A stretch of DNA of 64,000 nucleotides from Phoronis australis. Lineage: Eukaryota; Animalia; Phoronida. Made by a program: the position numbers and the translations under genes. The notes beneath the pieces were generated by a model. That model searched no databases and had not been told where the DNA came from. It saw nothing but the letters and a program-made list of their open reading frames with translations. This document shows positions 38,318-49,500 of this stretch, piece by piece. The DNA is taken from the NCBI GenBank assembly GCA_002633005.1, contig NMRA01000198.1, positions 8,045 to 72,044 on the forward strand, read 5' to 3'. The stretch's first letter is position 1. Each line of letters starts with the position of its first letter.

Positions 38318-41300
38318 ATGGATTTAATTCATAAAGTCAGCTTCCTCGTAATCGTCTTCCTTTCCATAGGTGAGTGAATGTCGGGCACGCGACGGGAACA
38401 AAGTATCGGTTGTAGATTTTCGTTACATAAACTATACCGGTTGCTTCATTATTCAACTGGGGACTCGCTGTACTGAAATCGAACTTAGAGGTTCAGTCCA
38501 GCTTTAGGTTTCGTACTGACAAGAGTCACAGCATACTCAACTGGTGACATAGAATTTTATTGTGTGGCTCAGACCATTGTCATTCTGTTGTGTACGCCAG
38601 TGGAACCTGAGGGCATAGATGTCTTCTTGAATGCGACAGAAATACCAGCCACTGATGATGCATAACTTTTGCTTATACCGGCGTAATCTGGAAAGAACGT
38701 AAACTAAACACAATTTACGGTCTCCTAGTTAGCTCGTCTGCGAGGAACTCAATATTTTGACGAGGAGAACCCTGGAGTACGCAGTGTGTAAATCCATAAG
38801 ATAACAACAGCTAGCACGATAAAAATCATTGTTCAAGTGTTGTAACGACTGCTTCAGAGTATACATGGTCCAGGGCTTTCACATTGAAAAACCACCGACA
38901 TTTCGTGGACGTTTGTCCATAGGCTGTCCTATTTCGTGGATTTTGTTTTCTATCAATGACCAAACACTGGACTCTATAATTTACTGTAATCGAAAAGTCC
39001 AAAGAACAATATATAGAACCGTGCTATAGAGTTCTGTTGTAAAACGGACTCTTAATAATTTCATAACCCATAAAACAAATTCTTGCGTAGGGCATTAAGA
39101 AATTCGCACTGCAGGGAATTTCAAAGGCACCTTGGCACGACGCCTCCGTATCTACGAATACGTAACGAGCGCGCGCCTCTGACGCATAGAAAAAATATCG
39201 CATTTTAATTCTCACTCGGAGGAGGCAGTGTGGCCTAGTGGGGTAAGTGTCCGCATTCATTACTGAAGGTCGTGGGTGAGTCCCACCGGGGCGTACTGCT
39301 AGTCCCTTTAGTCAGGTTTCTTGCTCTTAGTTTTAATAGTTACATAGCGGAGGCTGATCCAGGATTTTTGAGTTTGGGGGGGGGGGGCAGGGCACAGTAT
39401 TAGCCAGGNNNNNNNNNNNNGGGCACGGCCTCTTTGGCCCCCCTCTAAATCCGCCACTGCATAAAGCATAAAATTGTTTCAGGTGATCAGTGCAATGGGC
39501 CCACCTAAGTGGCCTGCGCATGCCAGGTACAATGTGTACTAGACCCTCTACACTTATTTGTTTATATACTTGTTCTACCTGTTCAGAAACACTTTAGTTA
39601 GACAAATAACATTTACACCTCCACACCGCCATGCTACAGTAAACAGACATTTAGACCGTGTGTCGGCAGAATGACTATTTACCATCTCTTGTTCCAGGAC
39701 ACTCAACGCTAGGCACTAAGTGCTATAACTGTATATCAAGGGACGGAAGTGTGGTCGATTGCGACGATCCCTTTACTAGCAGTGAAGACAACAGGAGAAA
39801 ATTTGGGCGTGAATGTAGATACGGATGTTTCAAAGCGAAAATTACCAGGCCTTTAGGTAAAATGATCTAAGCTGTTTTATGAACGAAGCGGACCTCCGTC
39901 AGTTCACGAATATTGAAATTTGTTTTTAACAAAAGTACGATACGAGACCATATTTGTATTTTCGAGAAACGAATGATGTTAATGGGAGCGACCGAGAATA
40001 GGGGAGTTAGCTGTTCTCAGTCTTTAATCTACCTTTGAAGCAGCTGAGATGTAAAAGACCAATGAATTCGAATAGTGCTTGTAACATGAATCAGACGTAG
40101 TATAGTCCTTCGGGCTGAGTTTCGTAGACGCAAAATTCTGGCCAGTAGAGCTAGTGTGATCACGTACTCCACTTTGAAGCGAGAATTCGCGATGCATACG
40201 TGTTGCGTCTCGAGTGAAAAGGTTTGAAAGAAAAACATAAAAAGACGCAATTGTTGTTTTATGTAGTAAGTTCACAACATAAATTGGTGCCGAAATTCGG
40301 GAGCAATTTAAGTTGTGAACTTACAACATATAACATAGAACAATTCTGTCTTTTTATATTTTTCTTTTAAACCCATTTCACGCCAGACGCAACACGAATC
40401 GCGATACTTTATGGCAATACGTCGCGAAGTCTTGCGTAAACGTAACGGGCATCTGCAAATATTTCAATGTCAAGATATGGGCCTACGGGCCGGATATTTA
40501 GATGCACTGCCCGGATCGGTTTCCCGTTCACGGTGCTTGGGAAATCATTGACTTCGATCGGGGAAGCTAAATGCGTCGCACGGTCTTAACACCGCTTAAA
40601 AGCTCTGTCTGTCTATGCACTCTCATTTTTTGGAAAAGACGGTGGTATAGTGTGCTATGCGACTCAATGGCGCGTGCATGCAACCCGTCCGAACTACGCA
40701 GATGTATCATTTCAAGAGTTTTCATGTTAAACCATGCGCGTAGGGTCATTTCGGAAGTTTATAGGTGCATCTTTTCCACTTTACAACACTTGACGTCAGA
40801 ATTAAGAGAGTTCTTATTATTAGGCCTAGATGCTATACGAGTCAGTACAAACTGTTTATACGCTGACAGATCAAGGTGATCCCCGAAACAGTTTCGAATA
40901 TGAACAGCCCTCTAAAACAGCATGCTGAATGACAATGCTGTTCAAATTCCTCATTGATATTATCTTCCATTCTCAAATAAGTCGAGCACCAGTGATGTTG
41001 TACTGAAAATTGTCTATAAACAAACCAATCGATCCGTCAGGTGGTCACAAGATTGCCGAAACATTTCGATTCGGTAGCTCCTGGCAAATAGGTTTAATGT
41101 GAAGTCACTTCATTTCATTGACAGGTGATCTTTCGTTTCGATAAGCTCTAAGGGCATATAGAAGTTAGAAACTTTCAGTTTATAAGCTGATACCTTCAAG
41201 ATGCCTGTCCTACTAAAAATAGAAAGAAAAAGTACCTCGGGGCTAGAGTACGAGATATTTCGTCAAGCAGCAGAAATTACAATCTAGGGTTAAACTAACG

Positions 41301-41519
41301 CATAACTTTCCATTTCCAGGGGGTTACGTAGAAGTAAACCGAAAATGTGCCGAGTATCCAGCACAATCGTCTTGTCGAAGCCATGACGTGCAGAACGCTC
41401 AAGTTGACTGTACGTGCAACACTGACTATTGTAACGAGGGGTTGCAGGTGACGTCGATGTATGGCTTATTGCTAATCTGCGTGGCATTTTCGACGGTGAA
41501 AGTTTTGGAACAAACGTGA
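38318..41519 (+). CDS. Ly6/uPAR (three-finger, quiver/sleepless-like) protein with signal peptide and probable GPI anchor, 136 aa
   Basis: Exons 38318-38369 (MDLIHKVSFLVIVFLSI), 39698-39856 (TKCYNC...DCDDPF...ECRYGCFKAK) and 41320-41519 (VNRKC...SC...DCTCNTDYCN plus hydrophobic tail YGLLLICVAF, TGA). Two phase-1 introns and 10 domain cysteines, the canonical LU-gene layout. Confidence 0.88.
39218..39332 (+). mobile_element. tRNA-derived SINE 5' part
   Basis: A-box-like TGGCCTAGTGG and degenerate B-box GGTGAGTCCC at tRNA spacing; no intact cloverleaf; lies in an intron. Confidence 0.55.
39346..39459 (-). mobile_element. Second CAGTGGCGGAT-type MITE, contains assembly gap (N 39409-39420)
   Basis: Reverse complement cagtggcggatttagagggggccaaagaggccgtgccc matches the start of the 35693 element; the other end matches its tail. 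Confidence 0.7.
40115..40450. mobile_element. Spacer-less long palindrome (foldback MITE) in Ly6 intron 2
   Basis: Arms ~40186-40293 and ~40297-40404 are reverse complements over >100 bp (cgtgttgcgtct..gtgaaa...taagttcacaac.taaattg), with weaker pairing further out. Confidence 0.8.
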
Positions 41520-41761
41520 TGACGAACGGGAGGCATGACTAGACTATCCGGAACTCTTGGATATTTTGGCAGCCTCAAATTATCCCTCAGAAGTATTTCA
41601 TATCTGCTCATGTGCCAACAAGTTATGTGACTCTCAATGAATGCACCGGGATGCCCGTCGCGATAACAGATTTAAATACATCAGGAGACCAGACAAAGGA
41701 TTGAGAATGGCCGTCGCGATGACTCAACATCTGATAAGCTGAAACAATCTCTTTACTGTTA

Positions 41762-41892
41762 CATGGGCGGTGCACCATAGGGGGGTGGGGGCTACAGGCC
41801 CCACTTTTTCGGTACTGCGATGACCGTGGTCTATGGGCGGTGGACCACAGAGGCTATAGCCCCCAACTTTTTCAGTGCTGCGCCGCCCATAT
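41762..41892 (+). mobile_element. Short MITE-like element in the Ly6 3' region
   Basis: Inverted termini catgggcggtgc / gcgccgcccatatg; same family as 386-535. Confidence 0.6.
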
Positions 41893-42599
41893 GTTATGAT
41901 AGTGAAACCCGCACGTTGAGGGTACGAAAATACCCGCGGTGTTTCGGATGATTTGGGGAGTCCAGTACACTTTGAATATTGGTAACCTGGGAGGTGAGCG
42001 TTATCTTCGCGTGAGCCAACTTCAGTCCCACATACAGCAAGTCATGTGACTTTGAAACCTGGAGAATATCTGATTGGTCTTGTGTGTACAAGTTCGCACA
42101 AGCCGCAAAGACAATATCTATATTCCTCTGTTGGCCCCATGACTGCAACTTCATACATACGGACACAACGTTCATCACCCAAGAGGCTACAATACACTAT
42201 GTGTTCCTAATGACCACTCGATCAGCATTCCTTGGCATTAATGTAACAAAAGCCCATAATAAAACTTGTATGTATACAACTATTTATAACAGATGTTTAT
42301 TATTTTGTAATTCAGAGAATTGGAACCTCAATAAATATTCATATACCTAATATGAACCTTCTGGAGATAACTGATGTTGTTATGTAAGAGAGCACAGGGC
42401 AGGTCACAGCTGTGCTAATCACATTGTCCAATGTACCCACCATAAACTCAGTAGTAGACATCTCTGCCTATAAATATTTGGTACCATTGAAGATAAACGA
42501 CCTAGGGTATTGATACAGGGTACCCTGTGGATTTACAAAGGCTGGTCATGAGTTAACAATATCACATGTACTATACTTTTAACATTCTTTCAATTTCGT

Positions 42600-42822
42600 T
42601 TAACCATTTTTGACCAGAAAACAGTTGAACTTAATTTGTGCCCACTCCTCTTTTTTATGACTAACAAAAAGCTACTAATAAGTAGTCAGTGCAAGGGAAA
42701 TTGTCCAGAGATTCCAAATTTTCAATTGCCACATTTGCACTTTAGTATATATTTTATGATTTGAGTTCTAACAAAGCTTAAACTTGAACTAATGACACCT
42801 GTAGTTAATTTTGCTTTGAATG
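42600..42822 (+). repeat. Dispersed repeat, copy 2
   Basis: Similar to 36975-37210 in the same orientation. Confidence 0.8.
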
Positions 42823-42844
42823 ATGATGAATTTCATCCGGTTTC

Positions 42845-43460
42845 TCACTATGACCTTGACAATGAGTTGAGGTGAAAGTCGCCAAAAAGAATTATGGCAC
42901 CTGGCATAGCCCAAGCGATACCGTCAGTGTTGGTGGAAAATCTCCATCTTTGGAGATATCACGCCAATTTTTCTGAGTCAAAACTTGATTTTTTAATGAT
43001 AACCTTGAAAATGAGAGTTGTCTCCCCTACACCTTGGTACAAAATATGAACAAGATCCAAAGCTTCTTGCTTGAGATATGCTATCAATAACATTTTCCCT
43101 ATGTCAAAACTTGGCCTTGAGAATGATGTCAAAGTCACGAGAACCGAATGGTGCCTAGAGCTGCTTTGCTCTGAAATATACTGTCAATAACACTTTCCTG
43201 AAGTAAAAATTTGATTTTCCCACTGCCATATTGAAAATGAGATCACCAGAAACAACTGGAGGTAAAAAACATGAACAAAGCTTTGTTCTTGAGATATGTT
43301 GTCAACACCATTTTCCCCTGAGTCAAAACTTGCACTGACAACAAATCAAGTTAACCAAACTCTCGACTGCTGCCTAGAGCTGCCTCCAAACACGTAGTCA
43401 ATACAAACATGGAAAAATCTAGTGCTTTATTCCCTAGATATGCAGTCAACAGCATTGTTC
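42845..43460. repeat. Degenerate satellite-like/HINE-type array downstream of the POLR1B stop
   Basis: Recurring (g)accttga.aatga, ttgagatat..tgtcaa, gtcaaaacttg and tgcctagagctg motifs. Confidence 0.55.
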
Positions 43461-43522
43461 GACATACGATGCTTCACGTATGATACGTCCCCCACTTCAT
43501 GGTAATACACTTCACATGATTT

Positions 43523-46500
43523 TCACTTGACTTCTAAAGTAACTTTTATGTTCATGGCAGCCAACTCAGCGACCAGGTATCGGAATACGTAAGGAACAGC
43601 GATAGTCTCTACTGTATTGCGCGTTTTACAAACTGAGCACATCCACTTGGGGCCGGCCTCAAATGTGGCAGCAGCATGTTTTGACGCAGGTTTCTCCAGA
43701 CGAGTAGAGATGATACTACCACACTTTGTGCAAACACGAGCCTACAAGAAGTAAATAAATACGGTGAGATGCGACTTCATGACAACCAAAAACGTTTTGA
43801 TACATGATTTCATGACAACCACAAACATCTTCAAGGATGTGTTTGCTAAAATGAAGAGGAAGTACTTCAACCTACAGCAACAGTAAGGTTTTGTAAGACC
43901 TTAGAGAAATGATCTAATATGGTGAGCATTTGGACATGACTAAGTAGATTCATATAAAACATTCAGATACCCATCACAAACTCAGCCTGTTCACAGCACC
44001 GTGCAGTGCATTGATGGATTAGTGGAACTGCTGTCATCAAGGAGCCTGCTAAACGGGAACACTGATCAAAGTTCCTTTCATCAGGACTATAGCAATTTCC
44101 ACAATAGTCATGATTTCATGGCAATAAAACACTGGCTAAAATAAATCAATATATCATGGACTAAAACTACCTTGATTCTAAAATTGGAATTCCTGATAAA
44201 AAGTTAGGATTTTTTACTTGTCATACAATAAAAATTGGCCCAAATAGATGCGTTAGGCTGCAGTTCTTTGGAACCTAGTAAAGTATTTCTGTCTGATTTT
44301 AGTTACTCCTTGAAACGAGGTAAATAATTGACATGCAAGTCGTGATGGTGGACAAAATGCACAGACTGCTTATTTAATAACAAAGGGGCGGATGATTATC
44401 TGGATTAAGCTTCAATTGATTGAAGTCATCTGTCTAAAGCAATTAAAAAGGAATACACAGCCAAGAATTGTGAACTTTAAAATATACGAGGTTGGTTAAA
44501 ACAGCTGAAAAGGCTCAAAAGACTGAAAAGTTGCATCAAGTTTCAGACAGTCTACATTGTCAACAATATATACTCTGGTAGTAACTGTATAAAATATACA
44601 CTCTGGTAGTAACTGTCCACAAGCACATCCATGTACGGCTGGACCAATACCAAACTGAGATATGAGAAGAGTAGATGACAATTCTGTCCTACTTGAACAG
44701 TATCAGCTGAAGTAAACAACAGTGAGTTGTTGTATGAAGTTCCACTTCACTTTTCAGTGTCACTGGCAAGTTGGTGATTTTAAATTTGCCTCATGATACT
44801 AAGGACCAAGCAAAAATAGTGAAAAACTTCTGCAAACAAGAACTTTGTTTTCAAAGTTTAAAACTTGTCCATCAATGAAACATGATGCGCCATCTTAATT
44901 ATTATGCTGCCTTCACTACATGTGATCTATGCAATCAAGTATTATTAATGAAAAACAAATTTTACATCACAGTTTTCTGGCATTTAATAAAACGCAAAAA
45001 TTAATACTGGAAGAGATTATTCTGAATGCCTTTCATACCAATGACTTATCTGTACAGTTGAGTAATCTGTCTTGTAGCAGGAATGATGTACCATGGGCCA
45101 GCAGGCCATCCCTCTCCATCTCACCAAACCGAATTCCACCAGCTCGCTTGCGACCTTTGACTGGTTGATGAGTCACCTGATCAATGGGTCCAGTAGTTCT
45201 TACCTGCACGCACGGAACATGTCAATAATTTACAGTCTGTTTTAAACACAAACCAACAAGGCCGTGATAAGAGTAAAGTTATATAAGTGTAAAAAATCCA
45301 TGAAAAATGACCAATTTAAGTTGTTTATTGATGGGTGGACGAGCAAGAACCACATTTCAGGATATGCCTTCAATTTAATGGAGGCTTATTAAGTGACAAT
45401 GTTAGCTGTAAGGAAAACGTAGCTTCATCATCCAACATAAAGCACAGATTACAGATGAAAGGATGTACCCCTGGATGTGATGGAGACCCAAAAAAAATGA
45501 AAAGGACAGATAGTGAATGGGCTGGCTGTGAAAATAATGCCATTGTTCAATTCATGAGAATGACACCAAATGATGTCAGTTGTGAATGTCAGCTTTTATC
45601 GTTCAGTAAAACCACGACAACTGAATTGTATGAGGGTCAAACATTTTCAGAAATTGAAATTATTTTTTGTATGAAACTTTACTTTTTCGTGCACGTGTAC
45701 ATCTTCAGTAGGTGATGGTCAAGTCAATAACATTTAAAGCTACAACCCATAGGCCACCAATGGGATCCAGTAAACAGGTAGTTATTATTTAAGTTATTTT
45801 AATTTTATCTTGTTTCAAAATAAAAGGAGGTTTATTTTATCACTGGTGATAAACACTCTTTTGAGCATATGACTGACAGCACCCATCTAGGCACCCTTTC
45901 CCTTCATATCTGGTATGAATGAATGAATTAAATGGTGAATATTCAAGCTTTGCATCGAATTAACAGAGTTAAAGAAGTGTCAATTAGTATTAATAGCAGG
46001 GCATTGCGTTGATATTTTCCAAAGTGCGCGAGTTGGGGAAGCAGAAAATTCTCTCCAGGTATATACTTTTAGCCTCGTGCAAAATAAGTGAGGGACAAAA
46101 AGAAATTTTCCAAATAATTTTGGTGAGCAAAATGCAGTGAGTGCGTAAAATAAATGAGTGGATCTTTGTTAATTTATTAGCTAACTTGCAAAACAGGGTG
46201 ACATGAAACTTTAAACATTAGAAACACAACACAGCAACGACATTCACTACATAAATGCAATCTGAGATATCAGTAGTCCTTAGAAAATGAAAGAGGTCAA
46301 TTTTGACAATTATGTTTGTCTGAAACTGGTATTTTACTGTAGCTAGTATTGCATCATTTCATGAAACCAATGAAGCTTATACCTTTGAAAGGACAAACTT
46401 CCATCATGCATGGAAACAAAATGAAACCAAGATGTGCTAACCTGGAATTTGCATGACACCATGTGGTGAGATCACAGCATGCCTAACTGGAATTTGTTTG

Positions 46501-49500
46501 TCATGACATCAAGTCGTGAGATCAAGGTTTGCTTACCTGGAATTTGTCCGATACCATGTGTCGCAGCCTCTGATAGTGCACTACCCCGATGAAGATGTCT
46601 GCTTCAAATTCTCGCCCATTTATTCCACTGTATAAGCGCTCAGTTCCATGATAGTTGTAACCCGCTACAAAGCACCACCAAAAGGCATCACAAAACAAAC
46701 TTGGTAAATTCACCATTTCTCAAATAATGCAATACTCTTTAAAGACTTTGGTAACATGATATCATTAGCAGTTCTTTCACCTGTTACATTATGAAAAAAT
46801 GAGATCTGGGAAGTGTTTCAGATCATGGTACTTCTGTGATATGTGAAACATTACCTTTGGACAACCTGTGACTTTATCTTGGATGACACTGTAGCTGGTG
46901 AAAACAACAAGAGCAACGCGGAACATTGAAATGTGCCCACGAATGTATCGCAAATGATGTGCTTTTAGGGTTATTTATTCGTATCATAAAAATGGCCACT
47001 AGATGGCGCAAAAATGTACAATCCGTCCAAAAACGGGAACATGCCATATTTCATAAAAAATATGTCAAGGAACTTCAAAGAAACAAAGGAAAACAGAACA
47101 AAACAAAATTGCCACTCGTGGGCACAGTGTCCGTTCCATCCACCTGAAAGTTGTTGTCTGTTATCTTCATATAAATTCACTTACTAAATTTAATAAAGAT
47201 CCTGCAGTTGGTTTTGGAGATACAGCTATGGGAGCAAAACAAAAAAAAAAAAACTACCACTAGGAGGTGCCACAGTAGTCAGTCACCTTCATCAAACGTC
47301 CTCTTCACACTGAAAACATATACGCCAATTTTCAAAACCATAATCGAAGGGTGGACGCAAAAAACAAGATTTGAAAACAGCAAAAATGACCACCAGGTGG
47401 CGCAAAATACCTCGATTCCATCCAAAAACAGAATGGTAGCGTCATCTCACCATAAACTAAAACTGCCACTAGGGGGCACACTAGAAGTCAGATCCGTCTG
47501 AAAGTCGTCTTCGTCCATTGTCAATATCATATAAAATAACTCGCTTTAATAGACACAGCCATGAGCGCAAAAAAAAACAAAACTGCCACAAGGAGGCACC
47601 ACAGCAGTGGAACTCGTCGGAAAATCATCGTCAGCCGTCTACTTCATAGTAAAAACATACACGGAAATTTTCACAATTATCCTGAAAGCGGTTTGGTTGA
47701 TAGACGAGTGGATGCCAAAAAACAGACTCGAAAACAGTAAAAATGGCCACTAGGTGGCGCAAACTAGGTCAAATCCATCTGAAAACGGAGAGATAGCATC
47801 ACCACATTAACAGATGCCTTTTATTCCAAACTTTATGAAATACATTGAAGACCTTTGAACATACAGAGGTAAACGTAAAAAAATAAAATTGCCACTAGGT
47901 GGCACACCAGTAGTCAGATCCGTCTGAAAGTCGTCGTCCTCTGCTGTTAACGTCATACACTTACTAAATTTAGTAAAGATCCTGCGAACGGTTTAGTGAT
48001 ACAGCCATAGCCGCAAACACATGCCACTAGGAGGCGCCACAGCAATCGTCGAAAATCATCGTCAGCAGTCCACTTTAAAGTAAGAACATACATGCCAATT
48101 TTCACAATCATCCTTTGAGTGGTTTGGTTGATAGAGGGGTGGACGCAAAAAACAGACTTGAAAATAGTAAAAATTGCCACTAGGTGGCGCAAACTACGTC
48201 AAATCCAATCCATCTGAAAACGAAAAGATAGCGTCATCCCACTAATAGGTGCCTATACCATATTTTATGAAAATCTGTTCAGGACTTTTGAAGATAAAGA
48301 GCTAAACGTAAAAAATAAAATTGCCACAAGGAGGCACACCGGTAATCGGATCCCTCCGAAAATTCGCTCATGCTGTTCCATCAATGGAAGGAAGACATGT
48401 GCAAAATTTCATGAACATACATCAAGGCGTTTTGGAGATAGAGCAGCGGACGCCGGACACCAAACAGACGGACGCCGGACGGACGGAGATGACGGCATAT
48501 TGCGTCCACACATAATATGTGGGCGCATAAAAATACAAACATAGACACTTTTTTAGCACATGAAAAAGCAAGTAGACCTACCCTTTGTGAGACACCTTCC
48601 AAAGTAGTCAATGGCAGGATTGTCTTCAGAGAATGTAAACGGTGTAGCATCATGACACATACCATGCATGGCACCTGACTTCCCAGCCATACTCTCTATC
48701 ATCATTCCTAACAAGAGATCATTAGTTATCAACTGGTGAAAACGAAGAATGTTACTTCTATTACCTCTAGCTTACCCGATGAACTGAAGCAATACAGAGG
48801 GGTTGACCTACATATAGTGTTACAACTGAGGATTACGTTCTGTTGCAAGAGTTTGCAATTTATCGTGTTATTGAGAAGCAAACATTGCCAACAGGAAGTT
48901 AATCTTGTTCTAAAGGGGACAAACATGTGCACCTGCTCCACAATTTATCGTGAAAACATTCCACATTTTGCAGTATGAGATACACAAATGTTTAAAAGAC
49001 GACTGCTTCTGATGAGTGTTCTCAATCAATGCACCCTCGTATCCACGGAGATGACGGAATGACTCCGGTGGGATATTTAGCACCTTGCGATGCAGGAGTC
49101 ACTTACTTAGTAAATATACATGAGTTTTAAAGATGATGTCAGGCATTATGGCTCACTGACTGCCGTCATACATGATGTGAAGCCATGAGTGTGATGGACG
49201 ATGCCAGAAATTATGGCTCACTTATGATGAGATGACATAAGACTTAGTGTGAAGGATATCAGGCATTATGACTTACCTATAGTCATACGTGAGGGAAAGC
49301 CATGAGGGTTAAAGATAATATCAGGAACCATCCCAGTCTCAGTGAAGGGCATGTTTTCCAATGGCCACTTCTGGCTACAGATACCCTTCTGTCCATGACG
49401 ACTGGCAAACTTATCACCAATTATAGGATTCCTCTGCAAAGTCAACAAACTATTGTTAATTAAACTATCAAATGCAATACAGGTCCTCAGTATCTCCTCA

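Noticed and set aside
44050-44115. Hammerhead-like layout (hairpin-CTGATGA-hairpin) or SECIS
   Set aside because: The required GAAA after stem II is absent (CGTTT instead) and there is no stem III or NUH site. SECIS helix geometry does not fit and the site is intronic.
49005-49075. CTGATGAG followed by a hairpin
   Set aside because: No GAAA core strand in the right position, so not a hammerhead.
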